From positions 1-64,000 of IMG/VR virus record IMGVR_UViG_3300048629_000034: a stretch of DNA of 64,000 nucleotides; one strand, 5' to 3'. Shown here one piece after another: positions 58,446 through 64,000 of this stretch. The notes beneath the pieces are model-generated. The model ran no database searches and was not told the DNA's origin. It saw only the letters and a list, made by a program, of their open reading frames with translations. A program made the translations under genes and the position numbers. Position 1 is the stretch's first letter. Every line of letters begins with the position of its first letter. The stretch comes from a virus (lineage: Duplodnaviria > Caudoviricetes).

Positions 58446-58580
58446 ATGAACCAATTTATATTAGTTTTGCTATTAATTATTTTTTTGGGATATATTTTAT
58501 ATATATTCATACCTGTACTAGTAATTGGATACATTATCTACCGAGTATATAAATACAACACACAATGCACTAAGGAATAA
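58446..58580 (+). CDS. 44-aa membrane protein (not in the ORF track)
   Basis: AAAGGA SD; MNQFILVLLLIIFLGYILYIFIPVLVIGYIIYR. Confidence 0.6.
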   Translation: MNQFILVLLLIIFLGYILYIFIPVLVIGYIIYRVYKYNTQCTKE

Positions 58581-58583
58581 CAC

Positions 58584-58754
58584 ATGACAATGCTTAACCC
58601 AAACTTTAGACTATTAGTAAACACTATCGGATTAATTATCGTATTTTATATTATGACAATTATATCTGAATATTTTTTTTATTTATTAATCGGGATAGCC
58701 GCTTATTGGTTCTACAATAATGCAAACACACCATCAGACCAGAGTAAGCTGTAA
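58584..58754 (+). CDS. 56-aa membrane protein (not in the ORF track)
   Basis: AAGGA SD; two hydrophobic segments. Confidence 0.55.
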   Translation: MTMLNPNFRLLVNTIGLIIVFYIMTIISEYFFYLLIGIAAYWFYNNANTPSDQSKL

Positions 58755-58756
58755 TC

Positions 58757-59206
58757 ATGGGACTAATAGCAGCAATAGTAATATTAGTAGCATTATTTGA
58801 ATATTTCAGTAACCATACAGACAATCAATACGATGACTACAAATTTACAGCAAGTAAAACTAAATGGTTCAATGAATTAGAAGACAAGAAAGACGAGTAT
58901 AATGATAAATTATATAATTCAACTAATAGTTCTACTCTCATGTACATATCAAAAGAAGACAAACGGGAGTATATGAAATCAAAAAGATGGAAGACACTTA
59001 AGCTACTAAAATATTATGAAGTAAAAGAAAGATGCGAAATGTGTAACACTAAAGCAGAACCAAATGATCTCGAACTTCATCACAATACTTATGTATCATT
59101 AACAAATGAGCCTCTATCTCATCTTAATTTGCTCTGCAGATCATGTCACCAAAGCATACATGATAAATACGGATATGATAGATCAACTCTATATCCAATC
59201 AATTAA
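58757..59206 (+). CDS. HNH endonuclease with N-terminal TM segment
   Basis: MGLIAAIVILVALFEYF; CEMC...LELHH...LCRSCH..IH. Confidence 0.75.
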   Translation: MGLIAAIVILVALFEYFSNHTDNQYDDYKFTASKTKWFNELEDKKDEYNDKLYNSTNSSTLMYISKEDKREYMKSKRWKTLKLLKYYEVKERCEMCNTKAEPNDLELHHNTYVSLTNEPLSHLNLLCRSCHQSIHDKYGYDRSTLYPIN

Positions 59207-59377
59207 AAACAAACAAATAAACATAACGTAAATACAATAATCCACATATACAGAAACTATCCTTTCAAGATAATTTCCAAAAAATCCTTACAAATTTTTA
59301 ACAAAATAAACAACAAACTCTGTATGTGTGGATCATTGTGTTTACAAACACTTATATTAATAACAAAGGAACCAACT

Positions 59378-59662
59378 ATGGTAAATAGTAAGACAGAAAA
59401 CAAAATAGTAAAACTAGACGGTTGTGTATTAGGGCACCTTCAATCAAAAACACCACTTGATCTATATTATGAAACAATGATATGGGACATAGAAGACGAC
59501 TTCTTAATGCATTTTGCTCTTATGGGGTTTACCAGCGAAGACCTAATAGAAGTAAATAGAATAGCTAAAGAATCAACTAAAGATGAAGCTATATCAAATA
59601 TAATGCAAATGGCAGATAGATGCAACTGTATGGGTCAAGCATATAAATTTCTTTGCCTATAA
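59378..59662 (+). CDS. Hypothetical protein
   Basis: AAGGA SD before MVNSKTE. Confidence 0.6.
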   Translation: MVNSKTENKIVKLDGCVLGHLQSKTPLDLYYETMIWDIEDDFLMHFALMGFTSEDLIEVNRIAKESTKDEAISNIMQMADRCNCMGQAYKFLCL

Positions 59663-59686
59663 TTTTATAACAAAAGGAACCAAACT

Positions 59687-60217
59687 ATGAAACACATATT
59701 ATCAATCTTACTACTAACTGTATCTTTATACGCAGTAACAGAGAAACAAGCACTTCAAGAATGGAGAAACTTTTCTCCTGATCAAATGAGAATTATGGTT
59801 AAAACTTGGAACTACGGTAAGGAACATAACCTACCGTGGAGTTTGACAGCCATTGCTTGGAAAGAGAGTAAATTTGGTTTGGTATGTGTTCCATTAAAAC
59901 CGAATAAATCATCGGATTATGGCATAACTCAGATAAACTTAAATGAGTATTTTAGAAAAAATAAAATTCCAAACACAAGATGGAATAGATCAAAATATGC
60001 GACAATGTTTATTCGAGATGATGAAAAAGCACTTGAAGAAGCTGTTAATATACTAGAATACTATAACAGTATTCGACCAAAAGGATATGGTTGGAGATGG
60101 GTCTGGGCCCGATACAATCAAGGTCACAACGTTGATTATGTTGGAAAAAAATATGCTCGTGATATCGCAACATATATCAGAGTAATGAAGAAAATTACAA
60201 AAGGAGAATATAAATGA
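59687..60217 (+). CDS. Lytic transglycosylase (SLT-like) with signal peptide
   Basis: AIAWKESKFG, DYGITQIN, ARYNQG; N-terminal MKHILSILLLTVSLYA. Confidence 0.85.
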   Translation: MKHILSILLLTVSLYAVTEKQALQEWRNFSPDQMRIMVKTWNYGKEHNLPWSLTAIAWKESKFGLVCVPLKPNKSSDYGITQINLNEYFRKNKIPNTRWNRSKYATMFIRDDEKALEEAVNILEYYNSIRPKGYGWRWVWARYNQGHNVDYVGKKYARDIATYIRVMKKITKGEYK

Positions 60218-60735
60218 AAAGACAATTGTTAGTTAAAGTTACGCAAGAAATATATGATGTTAGAAATAGAATAACTAAAGAGCTTAAATCTCTACCTAAT
60301 GGGCAAAAGATGAGAAAATCATACATAGATACATTAGCAATGATGATGTCAGAAGTTGTATGTTTAGATGACTCTCTTGTGGATATGCATAATACATTCG
60401 AAAGTGACAAAGTTATTGCATTTGATGTTGATGAAGAGATTATTGATAAAGCAAAATCAATAAAAGACTACGAAGGAATTAGCATATCAACTCAATACTC
60501 ATTAGGAATAGTGGAATTAAATAAATTAGATATGGATAGAATTATAGACATTATATATTCAACTATAATTAAAAAAGAAGAAGTTGAAGTGTGTGCAAAC
60601 ACTACATCTAATGATGAAAACGATCAAGTATATATTGGTTCTACTAATTTAATAATAATATCAGATATGAAAGAAGCAACTAAACTTGTAGCAAGTTCGG
60701 ACTATATTATTCATGGAGTATATATAGAGACATGA
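60214..60735 (+). CDS. Hypothetical protein
   Basis: Coupled ORF with an SD. Confidence 0.6.
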   Translation: MKRQLLVKVTQEIYDVRNRITKELKSLPNGQKMRKSYIDTLAMMMSEVVCLDDSLVDMHNTFESDKVIAFDVDEEIIDKAKSIKDYEGISISTQYSLGIVELNKLDMDRIIDIIYSTIIKKEEVEVCANTTSNDENDQVYIGSTNLIIISDMKEATKLVASSDYIIHGVYIET

Positions 60736-60784
60736 TTGTATTACAGAACCAACAATTAGAACAACAACAAATAAGGACCAAAGA

Positions 60785-60964
60785 ATGACGCTAAACAAAT
60801 TCATGAAGATAAACATGGAGACACTAGAAGAGATATACTCTCTGAAACAACCATATAACCAGTTACCATTTAAACAATGGTGCGAAAATATATTTAACTA
60901 TCCATCGGAAAAAGCTAAATCTTTCGCTGAAACAAATTTCAATATAGCATGGGGGGATAAGTAA
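60785..60964 (+). CDS. 59-aa hypothetical protein
   Basis: AAGGA SD; TAATG coupling to the next ORF. Confidence 0.5.
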   Translation: MTLNKFMKINMETLEEIYSLKQPYNQLPFKQWCENIFNYPSEKAKSFAETNFNIAWGDK

Positions 60965-61167
60965 TGTCAGTATTTAATTCACCACCATCTGCACCATTTC
61001 TTATAAATTTAATTGAGATATATTCTAATGAACAAAAAGAATATGCAATTCACTCAGAACCATACATAGTTTATACTAGAGTAATTAACGATCTATCTAT
61101 GATACTAAATGAAATATACAAGGATGTAGGTGGATATGATGTGGAGGCAGTAATATGCGACAAGTAG
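60964..61167 (+). CDS. Hypothetical protein
   Basis: Coupled ORF. Confidence 0.5.
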   Translation: MSVFNSPPSAPFLINLIEIYSNEQKEYAIHSEPYIVYTRVINDLSMILNEIYKDVGGYDVEAVICDK

Positions 61168-61310
61168 TATTAGAATTTAACTCTGGAATCTTGACAGAAT
61201 ATTTTGCAAATACTGTAAGATTTCATGGTGAAATATCATCTGAATATTACAACAAATTAATTGATAGACTCGCTAATCTTGGCTATGATATAATCGAAAG
61301 ACATGTGTAG
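61155..61310 (+). CDS. 51-aa hypothetical protein
   Basis: GGAGG SD; fills the gap between neighbouring ORFs. Confidence 0.45.
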   Translation: MRQVVLEFNSGILTEYFANTVRFHGEISSEYYNKLIDRLANLGYDIIERHV

Positions 61311-61325
61311 AAAAAGGAAATATGA

Positions 61326-61538
61326 ATGGTAACAATGCATGACAAGGACAGCTTTGAATACAAACTTATGCTTGCAAGAAAAAGAAGAATGGCAGTTAGT
61401 AATTATTTATTAAGTGAAGATTTAGATGAATATGGCGAATACTCACACAAGAACTTAACTCGTCTTATTGAAAAAATAGACGCAGAGATAAAATATCTAA
61501 AGCCTATATGTATAGAAAGATATAGAAACAAAGTATAA
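61326..61538 (+). CDS. Hypothetical protein
   Basis: AAGGA SD. Confidence 0.55.
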   Translation: MVTMHDKDSFEYKLMLARKRRMAVSNYLLSEDLDEYGEYSHKNLTRLIEKIDAEIKYLKPICIERYRNKV

Positions 61539-61591
61539 GCTTAGTATTATTTATGTATTATATTGAAAAATAAACAATAAAAAGATAAATA

Positions 61592-62041
61592 ATGAATAGA
61601 GAATTAAAAGATCAAAGAACATATAAGATACTCATATTTAAGAAATTAATAGAGGATTTTATATCCCTAATTGATCCAGAAACCAAACACAAACTATATA
61701 TAGAGTACACTAATGGTATTGATGAAAAAAACACAAACAATTTGTATGCACTGTCAAAGAAAATGAATTACCAAAACTGGTCTGAATATATACTATACTC
61801 AACCATGCTAGGTAGGATTTTAAATACAGAATTAACTCAATATCTACCTAAAGTTCTAACATTCGAGGAGATAGCACTACTCTGCAAGACTGGAACAAAG
61901 CAACGTGCAGAACAGTTAACAAAAGGTGCCATAGCGAAGATTAAACATAGTAAAAATTTTGACATATTATCGAATTTTAAATTGAGCTTTGAAACAAGGT
62001 ACAATTGTGAACAGATAAAAGACGTTGATGGCGAACATTAA
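61592..62041 (+). CDS. Protein with a sigma70 region-4-like HTH
   Basis: LTFEEIALL...TKQRAEQL...AIAKIK. Confidence 0.6.
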   Translation: MNRELKDQRTYKILIFKKLIEDFISLIDPETKHKLYIEYTNGIDEKNTNNLYALSKKMNYQNWSEYILYSTMLGRILNTELTQYLPKVLTFEEIALLCKTGTKQRAEQLTKGAIAKIKHSKNFDILSNFKLSFETRYNCEQIKDVDGEH

Positions 62042-62411
62042 CTAGTAGCGGGCGCAGTGGATATTACCCGACTATTAAACGTAATTTGTTTATTTTATTT
62101 TTCCAAAATATAGTAGATATGCGACAATTAATATCGACTACATTACAATTCTAATAGGCATTACAATTGTAAAACTCTCATGAACCAACAAAAAACTATA
62201 ATAAGCAGTGTCTTTAGCTATTCAATACTTATTGTAGTTCTATTTTGGTTCATATTTTAAATACTCCATATAGACATGCACTCAATATCATACAAACATA
62301 TAAAGGGGTGCCTTGTACTAAAATTGCTCCCTGATTTACTATCATAGAAATGCGCACTCTGATACGAGTGTATGTCTATATGGATCACTACAAATAACAA
62401 AGGAAATAAAA

Positions 62412-62936
62412 ATGTCAATATCATTAGCTAAACTTAGCAAATATGTAGGAGAAAATTCTAATTATTTTGCATCTATGAAAACAACATCAATTGAAAAGTT
62501 TAATTGGATCTTCTCGTTCGATACTAAGAACCAAATCACCTCAATAAACATGGCTAGAGACTTCCAGGAAGAAACTTTTAGAATGATATATGAACATTAT
62601 AATTCGTTCTCTAAAGACACACACTATGGAACATGGTTAGGAAAGTGTGGTATATACTCAAATAATCTAGATCAACAGGCAAGAAATAGAATAATTTCAA
62701 TATCAAGAGGGGAAGCATTATCTATGTTTGGACATAGGTGGAATTTTACGAAAAGCTGTTTAGAAGAAAGAAAACATATAGAAGCGAAAATAGATAATAT
62801 TAGAAATAATATTTCAGTAGAAGGAACCAATATATCATTCAACATAAAGGAGTCGGATCAGAAACTAATTCTTTATGTATTATCCAATGCGATGGATGAA
62901 TTGTCAATAGATATACAAAAGGGAGAAAACAAATGA
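62412..62936 (+). CDS. Hypothetical protein (tandem paralogue 1)
   Basis: AAGGA SD; similar to the next ORF. Confidence 0.6.
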   Translation: MSISLAKLSKYVGENSNYFASMKTTSIEKFNWIFSFDTKNQITSINMARDFQEETFRMIYEHYNSFSKDTHYGTWLGKCGIYSNNLDQQARNRIISISRGEALSMFGHRWNFTKSCLEERKHIEAKIDNIRNNISVEGTNISFNIKESDQKLILYVLSNAMDELSIDIQKGENK

Positions 62937-63313
62937 CAGATAGAGAATTAGCGTTCAAATGTAATTTAGATGGAAACTACTTTACTATAATGAAATATAG
63001 CAATATAAATAAGTATAATTATTTTACAAACAGAGATAAAAATAAATACAACTCTGTGATTAAAGCATCAGAGCGAATTGAAATAATGTATCTAGCTGCA
63101 GAAAAACTATATTATATGTTCGATTCTGAATATAAATTATCAAAATGGATGCAAAAACACAATATAACTAACGGTTTCAATCATCAATCTGGAAACAGTT
63201 TAGGGTTAAGCATATTTAGAGTAAAGGATGATGGTTACTTTTCTACAAAATATCCGTTTATTATGAAGCTTGAGAAGATATATAAAGCAATGGAAAGTGA
63301 AAATATGCTATAA
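62933..63313 (+). CDS. Hypothetical protein (tandem paralogue 2)
   Basis: GGAG SD; shared NYF..MK motif. Confidence 0.6.
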   Translation: MTDRELAFKCNLDGNYFTIMKYSNINKYNYFTNRDKNKYNSVIKASERIEIMYLAAEKLYYMFDSEYKLSKWMQKHNITNGFNHQSGNSLGLSIFRVKDDGYFSTKYPFIMKLEKIYKAMESENML

Positions 63314-63636
63314 TAAAGCAATTATACGCACACAAAGTATTCATATTATCAAGCTTATCGGTTTATCGAAAAAGTACGGCGTAGCATCTCCGTTAAGATG
63401 CTAAAATAATTAAAATTATGATTTTTACGAATGGTAAAAACAAAATAATTAAAGTTCAACTTTTAAAGAATAAAGTTCAATGTTTAATGATCATAAGTTT
63501 ATAATTTTAAAGAATAAAGTTTAACCTCTGTATAAATCTGGAATAAATAGCATAAGGAATTACTTTTCCTAGATAAAGCTACCAGCAGATAAGTTTGATA
63601 ATGTGAATACATAACTACAAATTAAAAGGAATTAAA

Positions 63637-64000
63637 ATGGAAAAAATAAGTTTAACGAGATTACTAGCAAAAATTAAAATGTATAATAAACGATTAGCTA
63701 AGGTACAATTTTCTCCAGCTTTGCTGGCTAAAGGAAATAAAGAATTAGTAGAATTATCAAAAGAAAATGAGACATGTTTAGATGAATTGACTTCATACAC
63801 CTCTATTTATGATAACACCAACAATTTAAAAATTGTATTGAATGATGCAAATAATACAACTAAATTTGATGCAGGTCCACTTGGAAAAATTAGTATTGCA
63901 CAAGCGATTATTATTAAAAATAATGTTGATAAATTAGTAATTATTAATAACCAATTAAAAGGTGAGTTAGCAACAGCTCAATATCACAGGGACGAACATA
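63637..64000 (+). CDS. Hypothetical protein, truncated by the window end
   Basis: AAAGGA SD; MEKISLTRLLAKIK open to the end of the window. Confidence 0.6.
   Translation, partial: MEKISLTRLLAKIKMYNKRLAKVQFSPALLAKGNKELVELSKENETCLDELTSYTSIYDNTNNLKIVLNDANNTTKFDAGPLGKISIAQAIIIKNNVDKLVIINNQLKGELATAQYHRDEH

Overview
An AT-rich (roughly one-third GC, by eye) fragment of an N4-like (Schitoviridae-type) phage genome. AAGGA ribosome-binding sites and a TGnTATAAT promoter suggest a Campylobacterota-like host (inference). Positions 1-51.4 kb are a minus-strand late region: a SLOG+NADAR protein, a 2759-aa virion RNA polymerase, ejection and tail proteins, a Rha-like regulator, an N4-type major capsid protein, portal, lysis genes, a complete diversity-generating retroelement (DGR) targeting a tail adhesin, tail fibres, and a terminase large subunit with an intein. 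After a strand switch near 51.5 kb (probable genome terminus), the plus-strand early/middle region has four N4-style hairpin promoters, small membrane proteins, an inverted ParB-like gene, a single-chain T7-like RNAP II and small ORFs. Most notable observations: (1) an intein whose HNH endonuclease is overprinted in another reading frame with its own RBS; (2) vRNAP and its downstream neighbour are cysteine-free except at their extreme termini, suggesting a disulfide-chained split ejection polyprotein; (3) the heptamer GAACCAA/TTGGTTC occurs at least 90 times; (4) a DGR with no recognisable avd gene in an N4-like phage. Family assignments come from motif recognition, not database searches.
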